Counted from the stretch's first letter, positions 18,021 to 26,434 are shown. The stretch: 64,000 nucleotides of DNA from Myxococcota bacterium (GCA_041611735.1 JBFIML010000019.1:1863-65862), one strand, 5' to 3'. The notes: generated from the sequence alone by a model not told the origin. Translations and numbers: made by a program.

Positions 18021-19003
18021 GAGCCGTGGTCTGCAAGCAGTGGGGTCCGCCGGAGTCGCTCCAGGTCGAGGAGGTGGCGGCGCCCGCGCCCAAGGCCGGA
18101 GAGGTGGGCATCCGGGTGCACGCCGCCGGGGTGAACTTCCCCGACCTGCTGATCATCCAGAACAAGTACCAGTTCAAGCCGCCGCTCCCCTTCACGCCGG
18201 GCGGTGAGGTGGCCGGCGTCGTGACCCGGGTCGGGGAGGGCGTGTCCCACCTGAAGCCCGGAGATCGGGTGCTGGCCACCGTGCCCTGGGGTGGCTTCGC
18301 CGAGCAGGTGGCGGCGCCCGGCAAGGGAGCCATCCCGCTTCCCGAAGAGATGGACTTCGTGACCGCCGCGGCCTTCCTGATGACCTATGGGACCTCGCAC
18401 CACGCGCTCAAGGACCGCGCGCGGATGCGGCGCGGGGAGACGCTGCTCGTGCTCGGCGCTGCCGGCGGAGTGGGGCTTGCCGCCGTGGACCTCGGCAAGG
18501 CCATGGGCGCGCGCGTGGTGGCGGCGGCTTCGAGCGACGAGAAGCTCGCTCTGTGCAAGGAGTACGGGGCCGACGAACTGGTGAACTACGCGCGCGAGGA
18601 CCTCCGGGAGCGCGTGAAGGAGCTGACGGGCGGGCAGGGCGCCGACGTGGTCTACGACCCCGTGGGCGGCTCCTACTCGGAGGCCGCCTTGCGGGCCACC
18701 CGCTGGCGGGGCCGCTTCCTGGTGGTGGGCTTTGCCGCGGGCGAGATCCCGAAGATTCCCCTCAACCTGGTCCTGCTCAAGGGCTGCGAGCTGGTGGGCG
18801 TGTTCTGGGGCGCCTTCGTGGCTCGCGAGACGGAGCAGCACCTGGCGAACGTGCGCGAGCTCATGGACTGGTACCGGCGCGGAACGCTGCGACCGCACGT
18901 CTCCGCCCGCTATCCCTTCGAGCGGGTGGCGGACGCGCTGAACGACCTGGCCGCACGCCGCGTGAAGGGCAAGGTGGTGCTGGTCCCGGACCCGGCGGGA
19001 TAG
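18017..19003 (+). CDS. NADPH:quinone oxidoreductase (zeta-crystallin/MDR family)
   Basis: GTGA overlap with the upstream gene. 'GVNFPDLLIIQNKYQFKPPLPFTPGGEVAGVV...LVLGAAGGVGLAAVDLGKAMGA'. Confidence 0.9.
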   Translation: MRAVVCKQWGPPESLQVEEVAAPAPKAGEVGIRVHAAGVNFPDLLIIQNKYQFKPPLPFTPGGEVAGVVTRVGEGVSHLKPGDRVLATVPWGGFAEQVAAPGKGAIPLPEEMDFVTAAAFLMTYGTSHHALKDRARMRRGETLLVLGAAGGVGLAAVDLGKAMGARVVAAASSDEKLALCKEYGADELVNYAREDLRERVKELTGGQGADVVYDPVGGSYSEAALRATRWRGRFLVVGFAAGEIPKIPLNLVLLKGCELVGVFWGAFVARETEQHLANVRELMDWYRRGTLRPHVSARYPFERVADALNDLAARRVKGKVVLVPDPAG

Positions 19004-19140
19004 TCCGGGAGGCGGACGTGCAGCGGGTCGCGAGATCCTGGCCCTCGAGCCTCCCAGGCGCATGACCTGCCGCGTCGTTCGGGGTGGCCTGCCCATGGCC
19101 CGCCACGCCTTTGCGGGCCGCCTGGACTAGCGTCGGCGCG

Positions 19141-19671
19141 GTGCGTCGGATCCTGGCCCTCGTCCTGGCTGCCGCGGGTCTCTCCGGCTGCCTGGGGCTC
19201 GTCGGGGTGGTGCGCGGCGCCGGGGAGTTCCGCGTGGAGCGTCCGGCGCTCGACCTGCTGCGGGCCCCGCACCCGCAGACCCACGTTCCGGAGCCGCTGC
19301 AGCGGGCCGCCACGCTGCGCTCTTTCTGGGGCGAGCCCGAGGTCCGGGAGCGCCTGGCAGGAGGCCTCGAGCGCTGGACCTGGGCCACCGGTCTGCGCCT
19401 GCATGGGGTGGCACTGCTCCTCGGCGTCGTGCCGGTCCCGCTCCTGGTGCCCACCGGCCGCCATCGCGTGCACGTGCTCGTGGAACACGGCCGTCCGGTG
19501 GCCGCCTGGGGAACTGCCAACACGACGCTGGCGCGTGCCGGCTGCGCCCTGGGGCTCCCGCCCGGGCGCGGCGCCGCCGGCTGTCGCTGGGAAGGGCGCA
19601 GTGCGCCGCCCGCGGTGGTCGAGCGCCGCGGGCTGCGGCTCTGGGAGGAGCCCCCGCGACGCGCTCCGTGA
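19141..19671 (+). CDS. hypothetical lipoprotein
   Basis: The in-frame ORF is 19084..19671. GTG at 19141 gives 'VRRILALVLAAAGLSGC' (lipobox). Confidence 0.45.
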   Translation: MRRILALVLAAAGLSGCLGLVGVVRGAGEFRVERPALDLLRAPHPQTHVPEPLQRAATLRSFWGEPEVRERLAGGLERWTWATGLRLHGVALLLGVVPVPLLVPTGRHRVHVLVEHGRPVAAWGTANTTLARAGCALGLPPGRGAAGCRWEGRSAPPAVVERRGLRLWEEPPRRAP

Positions 19672-19738
19672 CCCGCGTGGCGGTCTGGATCGGGTCCCGA
19701 GGAGTCGGACCGCAAGCCGCTCGCCCGCCCACCTCCGA

Positions 19739-19757
19739 GGCGCGCCGCCGGCGCGCC
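19739..19757. terminator. GC hairpin between convergent genes
   Basis: GGCGCGCC-gcc-GGCGCGCC (the octamer is self-complementary) lies between the lipoprotein gene end (19671) and the tatC end (19771). There is no U-tract. Confidence 0.3.
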
Positions 19758-19770
19758 CGGCTTCGCTCGC

Positions 19771-20541
19771 CTACGGCTCGCTGCGCGCTGCGCTTGCGTC
19801 GCTGCGCGCCAGCGACGGCTTGTGCCGCGGGCTGAAGAGCCAGGCGACGCCGACCCCGAGCAGGTAGAGCAGGCACATGGGCACCGCCAGGAAGATCTGG
19901 CTCACCCAGTCGGGAGGCGTCAGGATCGCACCCAGCACGAAACAGAGCAGGATTGCGTACGGAAAGCCACGCATCAGCTGGGCGGTGTCCACGATCCCCG
20001 AAACCGACAGGAAGAAGACGACCACCGGCAGCTCGAAGGCGATTCCGAAGGCCAGGAACATGCGCGTCGTGAGCGCGAAGACCTCCCGCATGGTCCAGGC
20101 GGAGGCGACGAACTCGCTCTCGAAGCGACCCAGGAAGTCGAACATCACCGGGAACACCACGAAGTAGCCGAAGGCGGCACCCGCCGTGAAAAGGGCCGTC
20201 GAGATCGCTACGAAGGGGAACGCCACGCGCTTCTCGCTGGCATAGAGGCCCGGGGAGACGAAGGCCCAGAGCTGCCAGAACACCACGGGCAGCGCCAGCA
20301 CGAAGCCGCCGAGCAGCGCTCCCTTCAGGTAGGTGAAGAAGATCTCCGTGGGCGCAATCGCCTGGAGTCTGCCCCCCTCGGCGTCGAGGGCCAGCACGGC
20401 GGGTCGCAGCAGGGCCTGGAAGATGGGTTCCCGCAGGTTCCAGGCCACGGCGAAGCCGGCCGCCACCGCCAACAGCGTCCGGAAGAGGCGGCTGCGGAGC
20501 TCCGCCAGGTGCTCGGTCAGGGGCCGCTGGCTGTCATCCAC
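19771..20541 (-). CDS. tatC: twin-arginine translocase subunit TatC
   Basis: '[19 protein letters not shown]...[36 protein letters not shown]'. Confidence 0.95.
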   Translation of the reverse strand: MDDSQRPLTEHLAELRSRLFRTLLAVAAGFAVAWNLREPIFQALLRPAVLALDAEGGRLQAIAPTEIFFTYLKGALLGGFVLALPVVFWQLWAFVSPGLYASEKRVAFPFVAISTALFTAGAAFGYFVVFPVMFDFLGRFESEFVASAWTMREVFALTTRMFLAFGIAFELPVVVFFLSVSGIVDTAQLMRGFPYAILLCFVLGAILTPPDWVSQIFLAVPMCLLYLLGVGVAWLFSPRHKPSLARSDASAARSEP

Positions 20542-20851
20542 GGGGCGACTCGGCCGGCCGGGGAGGGCCCTCCTCGGGGGAGGGCACCGCGTCCGGAGGC
20601 CGGTCCGCTGCCTCCTTCAGTTGGGCGGGCCGTTCGGCGGCTGCTTCCGGCTGCGGGCTGGGCCGTTCTGCTTCCCGCTCGATCGCGTCCGCCGCGTCCT
20701 GGAGCTGGTGGCGCATCTCGGTGGATGCACGGCGGAACTCGCCCAGGGCGCGCCCGAGCGAGCGCGCGAGCTCGGGGAGGCGCTTCGGGCCGACCACGAG
20801 CAGCGCCACCCCGAGAATCACCAGGAGCTCGGTCATTCCGATGCCGAACAT
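20534..20851 (-). CDS. twin-arginine translocase TatA/TatB family subunit
   Basis: '[42 protein letters not shown]'. The Glu in TM1 and the 'GP.RLP' motif are TatB-like. It overlaps tatC by 8 nt. Confidence 0.9.
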   Translation of the reverse strand: MFGIGMTELLVILGVALLVVGPKRLPELARSLGRALGEFRRASTEMRHQLQDAADAIEREAERPSPQPEAAAERPAQLKEAADRPPDAVPSPEEGPPRPAESPRG

Positions 20852-20855
20852 TGCG

Positions 20856-20874
20856 GTCCTCGAAGCTCGAGGAC
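20856..20874 (-). promoter_or_regulatory. hairpin that includes the tatA/B Shine-Dalgarno sequence
   Basis: The minus strand reads GTCCTCG-agctt-CGAGGAC-cgca-ATG. The SD 'GAGGA' forms the 3' arm of a 7-bp stem. Confidence 0.3.
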
Positions 20875-20979
20875 TCAGGGTAGCGCGGGGCAGGGAGGGG
20901 GCGGCCGTCCGCCGACGCCGCGGCGATGCCCCCCTTGCTTCGCGCGCGGGCTCCGGCGGACGGGCCGCTCGAGAAGAGA

Positions 20980-20994
20980 GCAAGGCGCATGCCA
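20980..20994 (-). promoter_or_regulatory. sigma-54 (-24/-12) type promoter upstream of tatA/B-tatC
   Basis: The minus strand reads cTGGCATGCGCCTTGCt, compared with the consensus TGGCAC-N5-TTGC. It lies 129 nt upstream of the ATG at 20851. Confidence 0.6.
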
Positions 20995-21189
20995 GCATGC
21001 CCAGGGAGTCCCCGGCGCCGTGCAAGCTCTCGATCCGTCACGGGAATCGCCGGCTGGACGCCCACACTGCCTGGGCCGGGCGCGGGGCCCCGGGCGTACC
21101 GGCGGGAACGCCCCCGCCGGCCGCTCCAGGTCAAGTTCTCGTCCTGTCTGGGGTTTCTCGGATCGTTCCGATCGGAACGCCGGCTGCGG

Positions 21190-22566
21190 TCAGACGGAAG
21201 CGGGCGGCGCGAGACCGAGCCGGTCCATCTTGAGCTTGAGAACGCGCCGCGTGACGCCCAGGCGCTGTGCCGCCAGGGTCTGGTTCCAGCCGGCTCCCTC
21301 GAGCGCATCGTGGAGGAGCGCCCGCTCGAAGCGGCTCACCGCCTGCTCGAAGGCCAGGCGGCCCGCGTTCACGGACTCGCGCAGGGACTCCAGGCGGCTG
21401 CCCTGCACCACCTCCTCCGGGAGATCCTCGACACGGATCTCCTCCGCCTCGCCCAGGGCCACGGCCCGCTCCACGGCGTTCTCGAGTTCGCGGACGTTGC
21501 CCGGCCACGAGTAGGCCTCGAGGGCGGCCATGGCCTGGGGAGCGAAACGCACCGGCCCCCGCCCGGCCGCCTCTCGCCTCCGGCCCAGGAAGTGCTCCGC
21601 CAGCAGCCGCACGTCGCCACGCCGCTCCCGCAGCGGAGCCAGCCCGATCGGCACGACCCGGATCCGGTAGTAGAGGTCGTCGCGAAAGCGGCCTTCGGCC
21701 ACCTCCCGCTCGAGGTCCCGGTTGGTGGCTGCCACCACGCGTACGTCCACGGCGATGGGCGTGTCCCCGCCGAGCCGTTGGACCCGCCGCTCCTGGAGCA
21801 CGCGCAGGAGCTTCGCCTGGACCTGCGGCGCGAGCTCTCCGATCTCGTCCAGGAAGAGCGTCCCTCCCGAGGCCGCTTCGAACCTTCCGATCCGCCGCTC
21901 CCGGGCGTCGGTGAAGGCGCCCCGCTCGTGACCGAAGAGCTCGCTCTCGATCAGGGTGTCCGGGATGGCAGCGCAGTCCACCGCCACGAAGGGGCCGTCA
22001 CGGCGCGGCCCGAGCTCGTGCAGGGCGCGCGCCACCAGCTCCTTGCCCGTCCCGCTCTCGCCGGACACGAGCACGCTGCTCGGTGACGCACACACCCGCT
22101 CCACGACCCGGAAGACGCGCTGCATCGGTTCGCTGCGGCCGAGCAGTCGCCCGAGGCGCGAGCGCCCGTCCACCTCGCTGCGCAGTCGCTCCACCTCCGC
22201 CTCGAGGGCGCGCCGCTCCAGCAAGCGCGCCACCTTGAGTCGCAGGGCTTCGATCTCGAAGGGCTTCGTCACGTAGTCGGCCGCGCCGCGCTTCATGGCC
22301 TCCACGGCCGTGGCCACGGTGCGTGTGGCGGAGAGCACGAGGACCGGCGGGGCGTCCGGGCGCTGCTCGATCTCTCCAAGCAGCTCGAGCCCGCTGCGTC
22401 CGGGCATGACGAGATCGAGGATCACGACGTCGGGCTGCGTTTCCTCCAGGATGCGCAGGGCGGGCTCCACCCCTTCGCAGGCCAGCACCTGGTGCTCGCC
22501 CTTGAAGAGCATGCGCAACGACTCCCGGACGCCGAGCTCGTCGTCCACCACCAACAGACGGGCCAT
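21190..22566 (-). CDS. sigma-54-dependent response regulator (NtrC family: REC + AAA+ + Fis-type HTH)
   Basis: 'LLVVDDE...[11 protein letters not shown]', '[17 protein letters not shown]', '[15 protein letters not shown]', '[10 protein letters not shown]', '[21 protein letters not shown]'. Confidence 0.95.
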   Translation of the reverse strand: MARLLVVDDELGVRESLRMLFKGEHQVLACEGVEPALRILEETQPDVVILDLVMPGRSGLELLGEIEQRPDAPPVLVLSATRTVATAVEAMKRGAADYVTKPFEIEALRLKVARLLERRALEAEVERLRSEVDGRSRLGRLLGRSEPMQRVFRVVERVCASPSSVLVSGESGTGKELVARALHELGPRRDGPFVAVDCAAIPDTLIESELFGHERGAFTDARERRIGRFEAASGGTLFLDEIGELAPQVQAKLLRVLQERRVQRLGGDTPIAVDVRVVAATNRDLEREVAEGRFRDDLYYRIRVVPIGLAPLRERRGDVRLLAEHFLGRRREAAGRGPVRFAPQAMAALEAYSWPGNVRELENAVERAVALGEAEEIRVEDLPEEVVQGSRLESLRESVNAGRLAFEQAVSRFERALLHDALEGAGWNQTLAAQRLGVTRRVLKLKMDRLGLAPPASV

Positions 22567-22634
22567 GGCGCCCGGACTCTATCACGGGAGCAGGCGGGCG
22601 CCCGGCCCTTGTTCGCCAGTCTTGGACAAGGCTT

Positions 22635-24581
22635 CTACGCGACGTGGTGCGGAGCGGGAAGGTCGATCAGCACCACGATCTCGTCGCCGCGGCTCGCGTC
22701 CACGGCCATGTGTCCGCCCTGGGCGCGGACCACGGCCTCCGCCACCGGAAGCTCGAGTGCGGTCTCCTCCAAGCCGAGTCCCGGCACCGGAGCGGACTCG
22801 CCCGGAGGACGCTGGAAGCGCAGCATGACGCGCACGCTCGGCCGTCCCTCCAGGCCCCCGGCGTGGTGCTTCGAGGCGAGGTAGAGGTCGCCCCGCTCGG
22901 GCACGAACTCCACGGCCCGGTCCATGAGCGCCTCGAAGGCGAGAGCGAGCTGCTGGGGGTCGGCCCAGGCCCAAGGCTGTTCCCGGTCGAGCTCCTGGAG
23001 GACGAGCAGGCGCCGCGCCTCCACGCGGGCGCGGCGTTCCTCGAGGAGCTGCTGGAGCAGCTCGGCCACGTCGACCCGCTCCGGCTGCGGAGCCGGCAGG
23101 GCCGCAAGCCGCGTGAGGCGCTCCACGACGTCGCCGATGCGCGCGACGTCCGCGGCCGCCGCCCGGGCGAAGCGATCTCGAAACTCCGGGTCCGCGTGCC
23201 GCTCGGGCAGCAGCTCGGCCAGGGTCCGGATCGACGTGAGCGGATTCCGGATCTCGTGGGCCACCGCCCCCGCCAGGCGCCGCAGCATCGGCTCGACCGG
23301 CCGGACGCTCTCGGGCTCCACCACCCGCCCGGGCGGAGGCTCCGGCTCCGCTTCCACCGAAGCCAGCGGCTCGGACTCCTGGTCCACGGGGCCGAATGCC
23401 TCGAGCACGCTCTCGGCCTCCACCTCGGCAGTCGGCGGGCCCGGCTCGGCGACTGCCTCCGGGCGGGGGGTGCCGGGGCTGGCTCCCACCTCGAAGCGGA
23501 GCTGTCCGGCACCCAGGGGATCCCCCCGCTCCGCCGCCAAGGAGCGGACCAGGGTCTGCTCGAACTCGCGCAGGTTGCCTGGCCAGGGATGCGCGCCGAG
23601 GGCCTCGAGGGCGTCGCCGCCCAGGCGGCGCGGGCGCTCCCCGTGCGCGCGGCACCAGGCGGCCAGAACCTCCTCGGCCAGCGCGGCGATGGCTTCCCGG
23701 CGGCGGCGCAGGGGAGGCAGGCGCACCGCGAGTCCGCCCAGCGCCCGTTCGAGCTCCGGATCGAGCCAGTGTCCGGGCAGGGGCGCCTCGGGATCGCAGC
23801 ACGTCCCGATCCAGCGCAGCGGCGCCCCGGCCAGGGCCGCGGTGGGGGGCGCGATCTCGATCCACTCCCGGACCTCGCGTTGCACCTGGGGCACGAGGCG
23901 GTCGACCTCCTCGAGACACACGCTGACCCGGCCCGAGCGCCAGCCTCGCCCGGCCGCGGCCAGGCGCTCGAGAAGGACGTCGCTGCCGGTCTCGGGGCCG
24001 CAGGGAAGCGCCACGAAGCTCCCCGAGCCGGCGGTCCGGGCACCGAACCAGTGGACGTAGCGGGCCAGGAGCCCGCGTCCGGTGCCGGGCTCGCCGGCGA
24101 TCAGCACCGGCACGTCGGCGAGCCGCGGATCCACCAGGCCGAGCAGCTCGGGCATGGCCAGATCCAGGAACCAACGGGCGAAACGCGCCGCGACGGCCTC
24201 GCGCTCCCGGCGCGCGGCCAGGGAGTCGACGCGTCGGCGTCCGAGCGCGCTCGCGATCCGCTCGCGCAGGCCGTGGAGCGCCGGCGGGTAGGCGAGCGCC
24301 TCCGCCCCCAGGCCGTCGAAGAGGCGCCTTGCGTCCGGCAGGTCCGCGGGCTCCGCCACCAGGATCCACTCGGGGTCCGACGTGCGGGCGGTCAGGCGCC
24401 GCGCCAGCTCGAGCTCCGCCTCGAAGTCGCCGGCCACCCCGAGCACCACCAGCCGCGGGGGCGCGGCCTCCTCGAGGCGAGGGTCCGCCGGGCCGGCCAC
24501 GAGGCTCTCCGCGCCTCCCGCCAGCCGGGCCAGGGCGGCGCGGACGTGGGCATCGCGATGGACGATCCAGAGCTCGGCCAT
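22635..24581 (-). CDS. fusion protein: receiver-like domain + EBP-type AAA+ domain lacking GAFTGA + HisKA/HATPase-like module
   Basis: 'VLIAGEPGTGRG', 'VCLEEVDRL', 'LPPLRRRREAI', 'HPWPGNLREFE', then 'AVAHEIRNPLTSI' and '...GGHMAVDASRGDEIVVLIDLP'. The start at 24581 (MAELWIV) is preferred, with 24626 as an alternative. Confidence 0.8.
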   Translation of the reverse strand: MAELWIVHRDAHVRAALARLAGGAESLVAGPADPRLEEAAPPRLVVLGVAGDFEAELELARRLTARTSDPEWILVAEPADLPDARRLFDGLGAEALAYPPALHGLRERIASALGRRRVDSLAARREREAVAARFARWFLDLAMPELLGLVDPRLADVPVLIAGEPGTGRGLLARYVHWFGARTAGSGSFVALPCGPETGSDVLLERLAAAGRGWRSGRVSVCLEEVDRLVPQVQREVREWIEIAPPTAALAGAPLRWIGTCCDPEAPLPGHWLDPELERALGGLAVRLPPLRRRREAIAALAEEVLAAWCRAHGERPRRLGGDALEALGAHPWPGNLREFEQTLVRSLAAERGDPLGAGQLRFEVGASPGTPRPEAVAEPGPPTAEVEAESVLEAFGPVDQESEPLASVEAEPEPPPGRVVEPESVRPVEPMLRRLAGAVAHEIRNPLTSIRTLAELLPERHADPEFRDRFARAAAADVARIGDVVERLTRLAALPAPQPERVDVAELLQQLLEERRARVEARRLLVLQELDREQPWAWADPQQLALAFEALMDRAVEFVPERGDLYLASKHHAGGLEGRPSVRVMLRFQRPPGESAPVPGLGLEETALELPVAEAVVRAQGGHMAVDASRGDEIVVLIDLPAPHHVA

Positions 24582-24662
24582 GGCTCCCGCGGGCTCGAAA
24601 GAAGTGGACCCCGGTGCACGCCGCATGTCGTACGCTGCGTGCACTCCCCCACCGGCCATTGG

Positions 24663-24677
24663 GCAATCCTCATGCCA
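24663..24677 (-). promoter_or_regulatory. sigma-54 (-24/-12) type promoter upstream of the fusion-protein/activator operon
   Basis: The minus strand reads tTGGCATGAGGATTGCc. It shares the TGGCATG-N4-TTGC core with the site at 20980-20994. Confidence 0.55.
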
Positions 24678-24728
24678 AGCGCAGCGCCCCGGCAGGCGAG
24701 GCGCAGAAGCGCGGCGAAACGTCCCTCC

Positions 24729-24758
24729 CGGTGGGCGCGTCGTCGAGCGAGCCCACCG
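24729..24758. promoter_or_regulatory. inverted repeat, candidate upstream activator site
   Basis: CGGTGGGC-N14-GCCCACCG lies about 52-80 bp upstream of the -24 element at 24677. Confidence 0.25.
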
Positions 24759-24901
24759 CGCCGCCCGGGCCTCCGCGGCGCGTCCGCGCCCCCCGCGGCG
24801 CCTCATTCTAGGAAAAATTCTGCCGCCCCCCGGGACCGTTGCCCCTGCCCGGGGCGTCTGCGACATTGACTCCCATCCATCCTCCAACGGAGCCACGCGG
24901 T

Positions 24902-26434
24902 GTGCCCGTGATCGACCGCGGACCCGAAGTCCGCCTGCGCAACTGGTTCGATCGCCCCTACGACGACGCCATCGCCGCCGCCCGAACCTGCTACTCGCCT
25001 CGTGTGGTCGAGGCGGACGAGGTCACGGACCGGCAGCGGCGCAGCATCGGGCCGCTCACCTTCGACGGCGGCCACCACACCGTCTATCAGCACGCCACCT
25101 TCGAGTTCGCGCTGTCCGGGCTTTCACGCCAGGTCGTGTGGGGCTTCCTGCACGCCTTTCCGTTCTACAACACGGAGCAGCAGAGCCAGCGCTACGTGCG
25201 CCTGGACGAGGCGCGCGCCCACGTGCCGCCCGTCCTGGGCGGGCGGGCCCGGGAGCTCTACGAGCGCGCGCTCGAAAGCGCCTGGCGCGCCTATGCGGAG
25301 CTGACCGCACGGCTCCAGCCGGTCACCCACGCCATCCTGGCCGACCTGTGGCGCCTGGCCGAGCGACAGTCGAAGGCCTTCGGTCGGGGCGTGGCGCGCG
25401 AGGCCGAGAAGAAGGCCATCGAGACCGCGCGCTACGTGATCCCGATCGCCTGTCACACGGCCATGGTCTACACGGTGTCGGGAATCGTGCTGCACCGCAT
25501 GCGGCGCATGGCTGGAGTCTGCGACACCCCGGACGAGGCGCGCGACGTGGTGGACCGCATGGTCGCGGAGGTGGAGCGCGTGGACCCGGCCTTCTTCCAG
25601 GAGGTGGGTGAGACGCCGCTCGACCCGTCGGAGGTGGTGGAGCGGGAGGCGCCCTGCGGCATGGGCGACCCGGCCGCCCTCGAAGCCTTCGACAAGTCCC
25701 TGGACGGCCGCCTCTCGCGGCTGGTGGACTACGGGGCACGAGCGCCCGAGGTGGTGGCGGACGCGGTGCGTCACGTGCTCGGCCGTTCGGACCTGGACGA
25801 CGAGAGCGCCCTGGCCCTCGCTCTCGACCCGGCCCGCAACCGCTACCGGCTCGAGACCCTGAACGTCTCCACGCACGCGCCGGTCATGCGCGCGCTGGCC
25901 CACGCCCATTACACGTTTCGCAAGCGGCTCTCCCACACGGCGGACTCCCAGGATCAGCGGCATCGCATGGTTCCCGGTAGCCGTCCCCTGCTCTCGCGCA
26001 CGGTGCCGGCCACGCCGGACGTGCTGGAGCCCGACCTGATCCGCAACCAGCCGCGTGCCCACGCCCTCTTCCGCGAGGCGGTGGAGGAGGCCTGGGACGC
26101 CCGCGCGCGCCTGCTCGCCCTCGGCGTCGCGCCCGAGATCGCGCTCTACGTGCTTCCCAACGCGGTGGCCGTGCGTTTCGAGGAGTCGGGCTCGCTGCTC
26201 CACCTGCTCCACAAGTGGACCATGCGCACCTGCTTGAACGCCCAGCGCGAGATCTGGGAGGCCTCCATGGACGAGGTCGCTCAGGTGCGGGCGGTCCATC
26301 CCCAGCTCATGCGTCACGTGGGTCCGCCCTGCGTGGTCCGCAACGGCCTCGCCCGCCCGCGCTGCACCGAGGGGAGCCACTTCTGCGGCATACCGGTCTG
26401 GCGCAGCTTCCCGCAGGTCGAGCGGAGGATCTGA
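24902..26434 (+). CDS. duplicated (pseudo-dimeric) ThyX-like flavin-dependent thymidylate synthase family protein
   Basis: The N-terminal half has 'FYNTEQQSQRYV' (the S-x-RY part of the ThyX motif). The C-terminal half has 'SQDQRHRMVPGS' (the RHR part). About 510 aa versus about 220-250 for a canonical ThyX. GTG starts at 24902 or 24908. Confidence 0.75.
   Translation: MPVIDRGPEVRLRNWFDRPYDDAIAAARTCYSPRVVEADEVTDRQRRSIGPLTFDGGHHTVYQHATFEFALSGLSRQVVWGFLHAFPFYNTEQQSQRYVRLDEARAHVPPVLGGRARELYERALESAWRAYAELTARLQPVTHAILADLWRLAERQSKAFGRGVAREAEKKAIETARYVIPIACHTAMVYTVSGIVLHRMRRMAGVCDTPDEARDVVDRMVAEVERVDPAFFQEVGETPLDPSEVVEREAPCGMGDPAALEAFDKSLDGRLSRLVDYGARAPEVVADAVRHVLGRSDLDDESALALALDPARNRYRLETLNVSTHAPVMRALAHAHYTFRKRLSHTADSQDQRHRMVPGSRPLLSRTVPATPDVLEPDLIRNQPRAHALFREAVEEAWDARARLLALGVAPEIALYVLPNAVAVRFEESGSLLHLLHKWTMRTCLNAQREIWEASMDEVAQVRAVHPQLMRHVGPPCVVRNGLARPRCTEGSHFCGIPVWRSFPQVERRI

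Noticed and set aside
21164-21179. The palindrome CGTTCC-gatc-GGAACG just downstream of the activator gene, considered as an intrinsic terminator.
   Set aside because: It has only a 6-bp stem and no U-tract on the transcribed strand. That is too weak to call, although it may still separate the activator operon from the tat promoter.
24582-24896. The longer N-terminus of the fusion protein given by the ORF track (start at 24896, 753 aa).
   Set aside because: The extra 105 residues are low-complexity. They would also place the -24/-12 promoter (24663-24677) inside the coding region. The receiver-like fold begins at 'MAELWIV' (24581).
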